Below are positions 37,563 to 46,128 of a DNA stretch of 64,000 nt, in pieces (positions within the stretch are counted from its first letter, which is position 1; each line of letters opens with the position of its first letter). Below the pieces are notes generated by a model that was not told where the DNA came from, ran no database searches, and worked only from the letters and a program-made list of their open reading frames with translations. A program made the position numbers and the translations under genes. The DNA comes from an uncultured Acidobacteriota bacterium (GTDB lineage: Bacteria; Acidobacteriota; Thermoanaerobaculia; UBA5066; Gp7-AA6). Where the stretch lies: positions 160,001-224,000 of the forward strand of contig CAVXTP010000014.1 of NCBI GenBank assembly GCA_963764715.1. Reading direction: 5' to 3'.

Positions 37563-40142
37563 ATGGTCCTCCGCCGCTCGGCTCCGATTCTCCTCGCAGC
37601 GCTGCTCCTGACGCCGGCGGCCGGCCGGGCCTCGATCCAGTTCGAGAGCGCCACCTACACGGTGACGGAGAGCGCCAACCTTCTTTCGGTCCGCCTCACC
37701 CGCAATGACGACCCGAACGCTCCGCAGAGCTTCACCCTCTCGATCCGCGACGTCACCGCGACGCGAAACCTGGATTACATCTTTTCGCCGATCTTCGACC
37801 AGCCGTGGCCATCGGGGGACGTTTCGATCGATCTCACGGTGACGATCCTGAGCGACGCACTCGACGAGGTCGACGAAACGTTCGAGCTGTCCGTGTCGGC
37901 GGGTGATCGCACGGGAATACCCGCGGTCGCCACGATCACGATCCAGGACGACGACGGCGCCGCGACGACGCCAACGCCCGTTCGGACACCGAGTCCCACG
38001 ACAACTCCGCCGGCTGGTTGCAACAGCGCTTGCCTCATCGCGGTCGTCTTCTGCGAGCCAACCCCTCCTCGGATTGACACCCCGACGCCGGTGGGGGGTG
38101 AACCGACCGTGACGCCGGCGCCCATACGGCCCGCGAGTTGGAGCGTGTTGGCCCGGGCGGCGGCGCTCGCGACTTTCGATCCCGACGTCTACCTTCGGCT
38201 GCGGAAGGAGAGCTTCCTGGAGACTCCGGTGGGCCGACACTTCGCCGACCTGTACAACACGCACACGCGCGAGATGAGCGACCTCGCGCGAGCCAATCCG
38301 CAGGCCCTCGCAGCGGCCGGGCGTGTTCTCGCAACCTGGCAGCCGGCTTTTCTCGCCCTCCTCGAGGGACGCGGCTCCACGGAGATCATTTCGGCTTCCC
38401 AGGTCGCCGACTTCCAGAAAGCCTTCGACGTTTTCGAGAGCCTCGGCAGCCCGCAGCTCCGCCTGGCCCTCGAGCGCCAGGAGGCGCTTCTCGGCCTCAC
38501 CGGCTACGTCGGCCTCACGGCCGAAGCGGCGCGGCTGCGTCTCGAAAGCGTCGCGCCGCCGGCCGCCGTCCTGCCCGTGGCGACGTCGGTTCACGGGGCG
38601 GGCGGGTCGTTTTTCCATTCCGACGTCCGGGTCCTCAACCCGTCCGATTTCGCTCCCGTGACCGTGGCGGCGCGTTACCGGTGCGGCGCGAGCTCCTGCG
38701 GCGCCTCGGAACAGGCCTTCACCCTCGCGCCGGGAGAGCTGCGCGCCTTCGACGACATCGTCGTCAGCCTCTTCGGAGCCCCGGAGACTTTCGGAGCCAT
38801 CGAATTCACGGGCGACGTGCTCGTGGACAGCCGCATCTACACACCCTCGCGGCCGAGCCCGACGACGGGGATGTACGCGCCCGGCCAGGCGATGGACGAG
38901 GCGTATCCCGAGGCCGTTCTCCTGGCCCTCTCCCACTCGACGGACTCGTCGCGGGGATTCCGCACGAACGTCGGCGCCTACAACGGAAACGACGTGGCGC
39001 TCACCGTCACCTTTGCTCTCTTCGACGCGTCCGGGGCGGCGCTCGGAATCGTGACGCGGTCCGTTCCCGCCCGTGTCACCGTCCAGGTGAACAACGTGTT
39101 CGACGCCGCGGGAGTCACCCACGACGTCGAGAGCGCCTATGCCGTCGTCCGCGGAGACGGCGTTCACGAGCTCTTCGCTTACGCGGCCGTCGTCGACAAC
39201 CAGACCCAGGATCCCTTCCTCATCCGGGGCCGGAACAATCGCGCGTTCGAGAACGGGGCGATCCTTCCGGCGGTCGCTTCCGTCCATGGCGTCGGAGGGG
39301 CCTTCTTCCACTCCGACGTCCACGTGCTGAACCCGGACCCCGCCGAACCCGTGACGGTCCGTGCCCGCTATCGCTGCGCGGGCGGCTCGTGCGGGGCTGC
39401 CGAGCAGACGTTCGTACTCGCGCCGAGGCAGATGCGCACCTTCGACGACATCGTCGGCGGCCTCTTTGGTGCCCCGGAGACTTTCGGCGCGGTGGAATTC
39501 GAGGGCAGCGTCCTCGTCGACAGCCGCCTCTACACGCCGTCGCGCCCGGGCCCGACGGCCGGCATGGCCATTCCCGGGGTCCGGCGCGAACGGGCCGATC
39601 CGGAGTCCTATCTGCCCTTCCTCTCCCACTCGGCCGATCTCGCGCGCGGCTTCCGCACGAATCTCGGCGTGTACAACGTCAACGATGCGTCGATCTCTGC
39701 GACCATCTCGCTGTACGGCGCCGCCGGCGATCATCTCGCCGACGTGGTTCGGAGCGTCCCGGCGCGCGGACTCGTGCAGGTCAACGACGTCTTCGGAGCG
39801 GCCGGCATCGGCCACGACGTGGAGGACGCCTACGCGGTCGTGCGCGCCGACGGCGTTCACGAGTTCCTCGCCTACGCGGCCGTCGTGGACAACCGGACGC
39901 AGGACCCCACGTTCGCGTTCGGCCGCGGACGCGTTCGAATCCCGACCGGACCGCCGCCCTCGGCGGCGGCACCGACGCGAGGATCGCTTCCGAAGCTGCC
40001 GACCCCCGGCTTCCTCGTCGCGGCCTCCCTTCTCCTGGCGCTGGGATTTGGATCGCTGCGTAGGCGCCAGGCGCACCGACCTGCGCTCGAAAGCCCCGCC
40101 CTTCGCGAGGTCGGGAAGGAGGACGTCGCCCTGCCGTCCTGA
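37563..40142 (+). CDS. Secreted Calx-beta domain protein with duplicated ~215-aa module and C-terminal TM/basic sorting tail
   Basis: ATG 37563 after AGGAGG. Calx-beta 'DALDEVDETF.L...ATITIQDDD'. Two copies of 'LP.VASVHG.GG.FFHSDV.VLNP...FRTN.G.YN...YAAVVDN.TQDP'. Tail LPTPGFLVAASLLLALGFGSLRRR. Confidence 0.8.
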   Translation: MVLRRSAPILLAALLLTPAAGRASIQFESATYTVTESANLLSVRLTRNDDPNAPQSFTLSIRDVTATRNLDYIFSPIFDQPWPSGDVSIDLTVTILSDALDEVDETFELSVSAGDRTGIPAVATITIQDDDGAATTPTPVRTPSPTTTPPAGCNSACLIAVVFCEPTPPRIDTPTPVGGEPTVTPAPIRPASWSVLARAAALATFDPDVYLRLRKESFLETPVGRHFADLYNTHTREMSDLARANPQALAAAGRVLATWQPAFLALLEGRGSTEIISASQVADFQKAFDVFESLGSPQLRLALERQEALLGLTGYVGLTAEAARLRLESVAPPAAVLPVATSVHGAGGSFFHSDVRVLNPSDFAPVTVAARYRCGASSCGASEQAFTLAPGELRAFDDIVVSLFGAPETFGAIEFTGDVLVDSRIYTPSRPSPTTGMYAPGQAMDEAYPEAVLLALSHSTDSSRGFRTNVGAYNGNDVALTVTFALFDASGAALGIVTRSVPARVTVQVNNVFDAAGVTHDVESAYAVVRGDGVHELFAYAAVVDNQTQDPFLIRGRNNRAFENGAILPAVASVHGVGGAFFHSDVHVLNPDPAEPVTVRARYRCAGGSCGAAEQTFVLAPRQMRTFDDIVGGLFGAPETFGAVEFEGSVLVDSRLYTPSRPGPTAGMAIPGVRRERADPESYLPFLSHSADLARGFRTNLGVYNVNDASISATISLYGAAGDHLADVVRSVPARGLVQVNDVFGAAGIGHDVEDAYAVVRADGVHEFLAYAAVVDNRTQDPTFAFGRGRVRIPTGPPPSAAAPTRGSLPKLPTPGFLVAASLLLALGFGSLRRRQAHRPALESPALREVGKEDVALPS
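38568..39910 (+). repeat. Intragenic tandem duplication (~38568-39215 and ~39261-39910)
   Basis: Near-identical segments in both copies, e.g. ttccaYtccgacgtcc, gccccggagactttcgg, gacggcgttcacgag. Confidence 0.75.
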
Positions 40143-40183
40143 GAGTCCGCTCCGCCCGGGGAGGAGCGCCTATACTGCCCTCG

Positions 40184-40459
40184 ATGCCGGATCCTGCGCT
40201 GCCGGGCGAAGACGTGATCGACAAAGGCCTCGCGGATCTCGCGCGGGGCGAGGAGAGCGTCGAAGCGCTCCTCGTTTCGATCGGCGCCCCGCGTCTCGAG
40301 CGGATCGGCCTTCGGATCGTCCACCCGTTCCCGACCCCCGAGCACCGGCTCTACGCCCTCCTCTCCCGCACGGACCCCGATTCGGCGCACTCCCGCTACA
40401 ACGCCCTCATCCGGCGTCTCGTCAGCTACGAGCGGGCCGCGGAATGCGTCGTCCCGTAG
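40184..40459 (+). CDS. Small hypothetical protein, partner of the downstream nucleotidyltransferase
   Basis: LPG.D....GL.DL..G..S.EALLVSIGAPRL...HRLY.LL......AHSRYNALIRRLVS.ERA; overlaps the next gene. Confidence 0.65.
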   Translation: MPDPALPGEDVIDKGLADLARGEESVEALLVSIGAPRLERIGLRIVHPFPTPEHRLYALLSRTDPDSAHSRYNALIRRLVSYERAAECVVP

Positions 40460-40977
40460 ACGCGGGCCGGCTCGAGCGATTCCTCTCGGAGCTCGCGAAG
40501 GCCGCCCGATCGGACGTCCGCGTCTATCTGACCGGCGGGGCGAGCGCGGTTCTGCAGGGCTGGCGTTCCTCGACGCTCGACGTCGACCTGAAGTTCGTCC
40601 CGGACAGCGATGCATTGCTCCAGGCGATCCCGGCGCTGAAGGACTCGCTCGAGATCAACGTCGAGCTCGCCGCACCGGACCAGTTCATCCCCGAAGTGCC
40701 CGGCTGGCAGAAGCGCAGCCCGCTCATCCGCCGCGAGGGGCGGGTCTCGTTCCACCATTACGACTTCCTCTCCCAGGCGCTCGCCAAGCTCGAGCGCGGG
40801 CACACGCAGGACCTCGCGGACATCGCCGAGATGACGCGGCGCGGACTGATCGAGCCCGCCGAGCTCCTACGCCGCTTCGAGGAGATCGTGCCGGGACTGC
40901 CGCGGTACCCCGCCGTCGATCCCGCGTCGTTCCGCCGGGCGGTCGAGCAGTTCGTCCGCGAAGCCTCCAGGATGTGA
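40444..40977 (+). CDS. DUF6036/AbiEii-like nucleotidyltransferase-fold protein
   Basis: ATG 40444. VYLTGGASAVL.GWR.STLDVDL (GG...T.DxD) and ALAKLERGH.QD..D (K...R..D..D). Confidence 0.75.
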   Translation: MRRPVDAGRLERFLSELAKAARSDVRVYLTGGASAVLQGWRSSTLDVDLKFVPDSDALLQAIPALKDSLEINVELAAPDQFIPEVPGWQKRSPLIRREGRVSFHHYDFLSQALAKLERGHTQDLADIAEMTRRGLIEPAELLRRFEEIVPGLPRYPAVDPASFRRAVEQFVREASRM

Positions 40978-40994
40978 TTCGGCCGTCGCGAGCG

Positions 40995-43316
40995 CTACGG
41001 GGCGGGGACCGCGGCCGCCTCGGCCGAGCCGGCGGCCACCGCCTTCTCGAACAGCGCAGCGGCCTCGGACGGCCGCCCGACGGCGGCGGCCGCGCGCGAC
41101 AGCTCCAGGAGCGTCGCGTCGTCGGCGCAGACCCACATGAAAGAGAAGTCGTATCCCTCGCGCCGTGTGAAGAGGTCGAGCGCCTCGACAAACCGCTTCT
41201 CCCCGTCCAGCCGCGCCAGGCCCGCGAGAGCCTGCACGAGCAGGTGCCCGCCGCCGAGCGCGCGGGGACGCCCGCGCAGGTGCGCCACGGCCTGCGTGAA
41301 GGCGGCATGCGCCGCATCCCGGTCTCCCTGCTCGAGCGCGATCCGGCCCAGGGCGCAGAGACTCACGCCCCGGAACGTGTCTCGATACATGTTGTCCGAA
41401 CGCTCGACCGCGTCGAGCCCGCGGAGGCACGCCGCGCGGGCGGCGTCGAGCTCGCCGCTGCGCCGCAGACACTCCCCGAGATAGCCCGCGACGCCGGAAG
41501 TGGGACCGATCGCGGTTTCGCCCTCCAGCGCGAGCCCTTTTTCGAGGCACCAGCGGGCTTCCGCGCGGTGGCCGAGGTCCAGGTGCGTCCAGCCGAGCGC
41601 CAGCCACGCGAAGGCGTGGTGAGGGTCGATCTCGACGGCCCGCTGAAACAGCGACAGGGCGTCGTCCCGCCGGCCGAGCAGCGACGCGCAGAGGGCGCCG
41701 AAGTAGGGCGCGAAGACGCCCGTGGGGTCGAGCTCCATGGCTCGCTCCTCCTGAGCGAAGGCCTCCTCGTGCCGCCCGAGCCGCGAAAGCGCATAGCCCA
41801 GCCAGATGTGGGGTTCGGCCAGCTCCGGATCGGCGGCGATGGCGCGGCGCGCATAGCTCTCGGAAAGCTCGAGCTCCCGGGGGTCGGTTTGGAATGGAAA
41901 CCGCATGGCGTGTACGGCCGCGAGCCCGGCGAGCGCCGGAGCGTAGGCCGGGTCCGCGCCGACCGCCTCCTCGAACAGGATCCGCGCCTGATCGAGCGTG
42001 CCCTTCTCGAGCCGGTGGAAGAAGCGGCGGGCGCGCGCGTGCCGCTCGAAGACGTCGATGCGCGGAGCGACGCGGACCGCAGGCGCGGAGCCTCCGGGGC
42101 GGAGCCGCTCCGCCGCGGCCGCCGAGACCCGGTCCTGCATGGCGAACATCTCGTCGAGGTCGCCGTCGATCTTCTCGGAGGCCACGGTCTCGCCCGTCAT
42201 GCCGTCGGCGAGCTGCGAGGTCACGCGCAGGCGCCGGCCCGCGCGCTGGTACCCGCCCGACAGCACCCACCGGCAGCCGAGAGTCCGCCCGAGCGCGGCG
42301 CCCGACCCGTCGCCTCCGGCGAGAGCCGCGCGCACCTTCTCGCGCGCGACGAGCGAGACGCCCGGAAGCCGTGCGAGGTCGGCGGCGAGGCTCTCGGCAA
42401 AACCGCTTCCGATCCAGTCGTCGTCGGGATCGCGCGAGAGGTTCCGGAAGTCGACGATCGCGAGCGTGTCCGGAAGCGAGGCGACGAGCTCCCCGGAACC
42501 GAGCGCTCGCAGCTCCGTGAGAAAGGCCGCGGCCGAGGCGTACCGCCGTTCGGGGTCGCGGGCCAGGGCTCGCGCCAGAACGACCCGGGTCTCCGGTGGA
42601 ACCCCCGAGACCGTGAGCGGAGCGACGTCGGCGGCGAGGATGGATGCGATCCGGTCGGCGGCCGTCTCCCCGGGGAACGCCGGCTGCCCTTCGATCGCCT
42701 CGTAGAGGACGGCGCCGAGCGAGAACAGGTCCGACCGCTCGTCGAGCGGCTGGCCTCGGAGCTGCTCGGGCGACATGTACCCGAGCGTTCCAATGACGCT
42801 GCCCGGGGCGGTCAGCGCGACCTGGGTCGCGTCCTCGCTCGCGGGCGCGCCGCCCTGCACCACCGCGATGCCGAAGTCTAGGAGCTTGCCCAGGTTGTCT
42901 CCGGTCACCATGATGTTCTCGGGCTTGATGTCCCGGTGGATGACGCCGGCCGCGTGCGCGTGAACGAGCGCCTCGAGGAGCGAGGCGGTCAGCGAGAGGG
43001 CCTGCGGGAACGGCAGCGGCCCGCTCCGCAGCCGGTCGCGCAACGTCTCGCCCGAAACGAACTCCATGGCGAGGAAGGCCACGCCGTCCGACTCGCCCGC
43101 CTCGAAGAAGGTCGCGATCGCCGGATGCTGGAGCCGGGCGCTCGCCTCGGCCTCGCGAACGAGTCGGGCGCGAGCGTCGACGGAGAGCGTCGACGCGAGC
43201 ACCTTGATCGCCGCCATCCGGCCGAGAGCGAGATCGCGGGCGAGGAAGACCTCGCCCATGCCTCCCGCGCCCAGGCGCTTCTCGACGCGATAGTGAGAGA
43301 GGGTGCGACCGATCAA
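40995..43316 (-). CDS. Hanks-type Ser/Thr kinase with TolB-like/FlgO segment and TPR repeats
   Basis: LGAGGMGEV, AIK, HRDIKPEN, DFG, YMSPEQ, SDLFSLG; 'TLAIVDFRNLS.DP...W...G' followed by TPRs. Confidence 0.92.
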   Translation of the reverse strand: MIGRTLSHYRVEKRLGAGGMGEVFLARDLALGRMAAIKVLASTLSVDARARLVREAEASARLQHPAIATFFEAGESDGVAFLAMEFVSGETLRDRLRSGPLPFPQALSLTASLLEALVHAHAAGVIHRDIKPENIMVTGDNLGKLLDFGIAVVQGGAPASEDATQVALTAPGSVIGTLGYMSPEQLRGQPLDERSDLFSLGAVLYEAIEGQPAFPGETAADRIASILAADVAPLTVSGVPPETRVVLARALARDPERRYASAAAFLTELRALGSGELVASLPDTLAIVDFRNLSRDPDDDWIGSGFAESLAADLARLPGVSLVAREKVRAALAGGDGSGAALGRTLGCRWVLSGGYQRAGRRLRVTSQLADGMTGETVASEKIDGDLDEMFAMQDRVSAAAAERLRPGGSAPAVRVAPRIDVFERHARARRFFHRLEKGTLDQARILFEEAVGADPAYAPALAGLAAVHAMRFPFQTDPRELELSESYARRAIAADPELAEPHIWLGYALSRLGRHEEAFAQEERAMELDPTGVFAPYFGALCASLLGRRDDALSLFQRAVEIDPHHAFAWLALGWTHLDLGHRAEARWCLEKGLALEGETAIGPTSGVAGYLGECLRRSGELDAARAACLRGLDAVERSDNMYRDTFRGVSLCALGRIALEQGDRDAAHAAFTQAVAHLRGRPRALGGGHLLVQALAGLARLDGEKRFVEALDLFTRREGYDFSFMWVCADDATLLELSRAAAAVGRPSEAAALFEKAVAAGSAEAAAVPAP

Positions 43317-43369
43317 GCGTCCCCTCCGCGGGCGATTATCTCCTCGCCGCGGGCATACAATCCCCGCAC

Positions 43370-45925
43370 TTGACGCTCGCAGCCGGATCCCGCCTCGGCC
43401 CCTACGAGATCGTCGCGCCGATCGGCGCGGGCGGCATGGGCGAGGTCTATCGGGCGAAGGACGCCAAGCTCGGGCGCGAGATCGCGGTGAAGGTCCTGCC
43501 CTCGGCGACGGCCTCCGATCCCGACCGCCGGCAGCGCTTCGAGATGGAGGCCCGCTCCGCCTCCGCCCTGAACCACCCCAACATCCTCACGATCTACGAC
43601 ATCGGCGAGGCCGACGGGACCGTCTACATCGCCATGGAGCTCGTCGAGGGCAAGACTCTCCGCGAGCTCGTCGCCTCCGGCGAGCCCGTGCCGACGAAGA
43701 AGCTCCTCGACGTCGCCGTCCAGACCGCGGAGGGCCTCGCCAAGGCGCACTCGGCCGGCATCGTGCACCGGGACCTCAAGCCCGAGAACATCATGATCTC
43801 GAAGGACGGCTTCGCGAAGATCCTCGACTTCGGCCTCGCGAAGCTGACCGAAGCGCCTTCGCAGGACGAGTCCGTCGTGCCGACGGCGATCGCCGCCCCG
43901 ACGGAGCCCGGGACCGTCATGGGCACCGCGGGCTACATGTCCCCCGAGCAGGCGAGCGGCCAGCCGGTCGACTTCCACTCCGACCAGTTCACGCTGGGCG
44001 CGATCCTCTACGAGATGGCGACGGGCAAGAAGGCCTTCCAGAGGAAGACCGGCGCCGAGACGCTCGTCGCGATCATCCGCGAGGAGCCCGAGCCGCTCTC
44101 GCAGCTCGCGCCGAAGGCCCCGGCCCCCGTGCGCTGGATCGTCGAGCGCCTGCTCGCCAAGGACCCCGAGGAGCGATACGCGTCGACCAAGGACCTCGCA
44201 CGCGACCTGAAGAGCGTGCGCGACCACCTGACCGAGACGTCCTTCTCCGGTGGGCTCGAGGCGGCCGAGCCCGCGAAGGCCCCGCGGCGCCGCTGGCTCG
44301 TCCCGGCGCTCCTGGCGCTCGTGCTCGGCGCGGGCCTCGGCTTCCTCCTGCGCGCGAAGCTCCCGGAGGTGGCGCCGCCCCCGGTCCGGTTTCAACGGCT
44401 GACCTTCCAGCGCGGCCGCATCCAGTCCGCGCGGTTCGCTCCGGACGGCCAGACGATCGTGTACAGCGCGGCCTGGGACGGCGGGCCGATCGAGCTCTAC
44501 TCGACCCGGTCCGACAGCGCCGAGTTCCGATCCCTCGGGCTCCCCGGCGCCGTGGTCCTTTCGATCTCCTCCGGCGGCGAAATCGCCGTCTCGCTGGGAC
44601 ACCGCTTTCTCATCGGCTACGAAGCGACGGGGACGCTCGCGCGCGTGCCGCTCGCCGGCGGCGCCCCGCGGGAGGTTCTCGAGGGCGTCCAGGACGCGGA
44701 CTGGGCTCCCGACGGCAAGACCCTCGCCGTTTGCCGAGCCGTCGGAAGCCGCAGCCGGCTCGAGTTCCCGATCGGCAAGGTCCTGTACCAATCCGCGGGC
44801 TGGGTGGGGGGCGTGCGCGTCTCTCCGGACGGGCGCTTCCTGACTTTCGTCGACCACCCCCAGCGAGGAAACAACGACGGTTACCTCAAGATCGTCGACG
44901 CGGGCGGCGCGGTTCGCGCGCAGGGACCGTTCATCCGGGGCTCGCTCGGCCTCGCGTGGTCGCCCCGGAGCGACGAGGTCTGGTACGGCGGAATCCAGGC
45001 GCTCTCGATCGAGGGCAAGGTCCGTCAGGTCTGGTCCTCGACGAGCGCGGCCATCCAGGACGTCGCGCGCGACGGGCGGGTTCTTTTCATCGAGCAGACG
45101 GGGCGTCGGGAGATCGTGGGGTACCCCGCGCCCGGCGCGGCAGCGCGCAACCTGACCGCCCTCAACTGGTCCTTCCCCACCGACATCACCGCCTCGGGGG
45201 ACACGGTCCTCTTCTACGAGCAGCAGGTCGAACCCTCCGCCATCTACACGCGCAAGCTCGACGGGTCGCCGGCGATCCGGCTGGGCGACGGCGAGGGTTA
45301 CGGGTTCTCGCCGGACGGACGGTGGGCCGTGACGGTGAAGCTTCCCGATCGGCGGCCGATCTTTCTCCTGCCGACCGGCGCCGGAGAGGTGCAGACCGTC
45401 GACATCGGCAACCTGACCTGCCAGTGGGCGACCTGGCTTCCGGACGGGAAGGGACTCGTCTTCGCGGGAAACGAGCCCGGGCACGGGGCTCGACTCTTCG
45501 TCCGGGAGCTCTCCGGGGGCAAGGCGCAACCGTTCACCCCCGAGGGCGTGACTTTCAACACGCAGGCCATCTCCCCCGACGGGCGGTCGATCGCGGCTCG
45601 CGGCCCCGACGGCCGGTACGCGATCTACCCGCTGCAGCCCGGAGAGCCACGCCCCGTGCCGGGCATGTCGCCGGACGAGATCGCGATCCGCTGGACCGCC
45701 GACGGTCGGTCGCTCTTCGTGGCGCGCAACGGGGCTCCCCCGGGAATCATCGAGGTCCTGGACGTCGCGACCGGGCGACGGACGCCCTGGAAGCGCTTCG
45801 AGCCTCCCGATCCGACCGGGGTCGAGCAGGTCGGTCCCGCCGTGATCACGCGGGACGAAAAAGCGTACGTCTACTCATACCGCCGGAACCTGGGCGACCT
45901 GTATCTGGCGACGGGAATGCACTGA
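43370..45925 (+). CDS. Hanks-type Ser/Thr kinase with TM segment and TolB-like (PD40) beta-propeller
   Basis: IGAGGMGEVY, HRDLKPEN, DFGLAK, YMSPEQ; TM RRWLVPALLALVLGAGLGFLL; repeated (F/W)SPDG. Confidence 0.93.
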   Translation: MTLAAGSRLGPYEIVAPIGAGGMGEVYRAKDAKLGREIAVKVLPSATASDPDRRQRFEMEARSASALNHPNILTIYDIGEADGTVYIAMELVEGKTLRELVASGEPVPTKKLLDVAVQTAEGLAKAHSAGIVHRDLKPENIMISKDGFAKILDFGLAKLTEAPSQDESVVPTAIAAPTEPGTVMGTAGYMSPEQASGQPVDFHSDQFTLGAILYEMATGKKAFQRKTGAETLVAIIREEPEPLSQLAPKAPAPVRWIVERLLAKDPEERYASTKDLARDLKSVRDHLTETSFSGGLEAAEPAKAPRRRWLVPALLALVLGAGLGFLLRAKLPEVAPPPVRFQRLTFQRGRIQSARFAPDGQTIVYSAAWDGGPIELYSTRSDSAEFRSLGLPGAVVLSISSGGEIAVSLGHRFLIGYEATGTLARVPLAGGAPREVLEGVQDADWAPDGKTLAVCRAVGSRSRLEFPIGKVLYQSAGWVGGVRVSPDGRFLTFVDHPQRGNNDGYLKIVDAGGAVRAQGPFIRGSLGLAWSPRSDEVWYGGIQALSIEGKVRQVWSSTSAAIQDVARDGRVLFIEQTGRREIVGYPAPGAAARNLTALNWSFPTDITASGDTVLFYEQQVEPSAIYTRKLDGSPAIRLGDGEGYGFSPDGRWAVTVKLPDRRPIFLLPTGAGEVQTVDIGNLTCQWATWLPDGKGLVFAGNEPGHGARLFVRELSGGKAQPFTPEGVTFNTQAISPDGRSIAARGPDGRYAIYPLQPGEPRPVPGMSPDEIAIRWTADGRSLFVARNGAPPGIIEVLDVATGRRTPWKRFEPPDPTGVEQVGPAVITRDEKAYVYSYRRNLGDLYLATGMH

Positions 45926-45943
45926 CCGTCGCCTCCGCTTGCG

Positions 45944-46082
45944 CCGGGGTCTACGCCCTTCGGGCGCACCGGCTTGCGGCTCGCCTGTGGGCTCGACCGC
46001 ACGCCTGACCCCGGCGGCGCGCTCCGGCTCCCGCGGCGCGGACCTCCTCCCTCGCTCCGCTCGGGAGACTATCCGCGCCGCG
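45944..46082. repeat. GC-rich multi-hairpin palindromic element (REP/MITE-like or terminator) between convergent genes
   Basis: CGCCC-TTC-GGGCG (45954-45966) nested in GCCGG...CCGGC; CGCGGCGCGGA...TCCGCGCCGCG (46032-46082) with an inner CTCCC/GGGAG stem. Confidence 0.45.
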
Positions 46083-46128
46083 AACTGCAGGGAGAGTGCC
46101 TCTTTTGACGCCCGACGGAGGCTCGAGC

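Noticed and set aside
35193-40142. 1649-aa giant protein
   Set aside because: The first ~790 codons are an off-frame overlay of the 35200-37551 gene; the real gene starts at ATG 37563 after AGGAGG.
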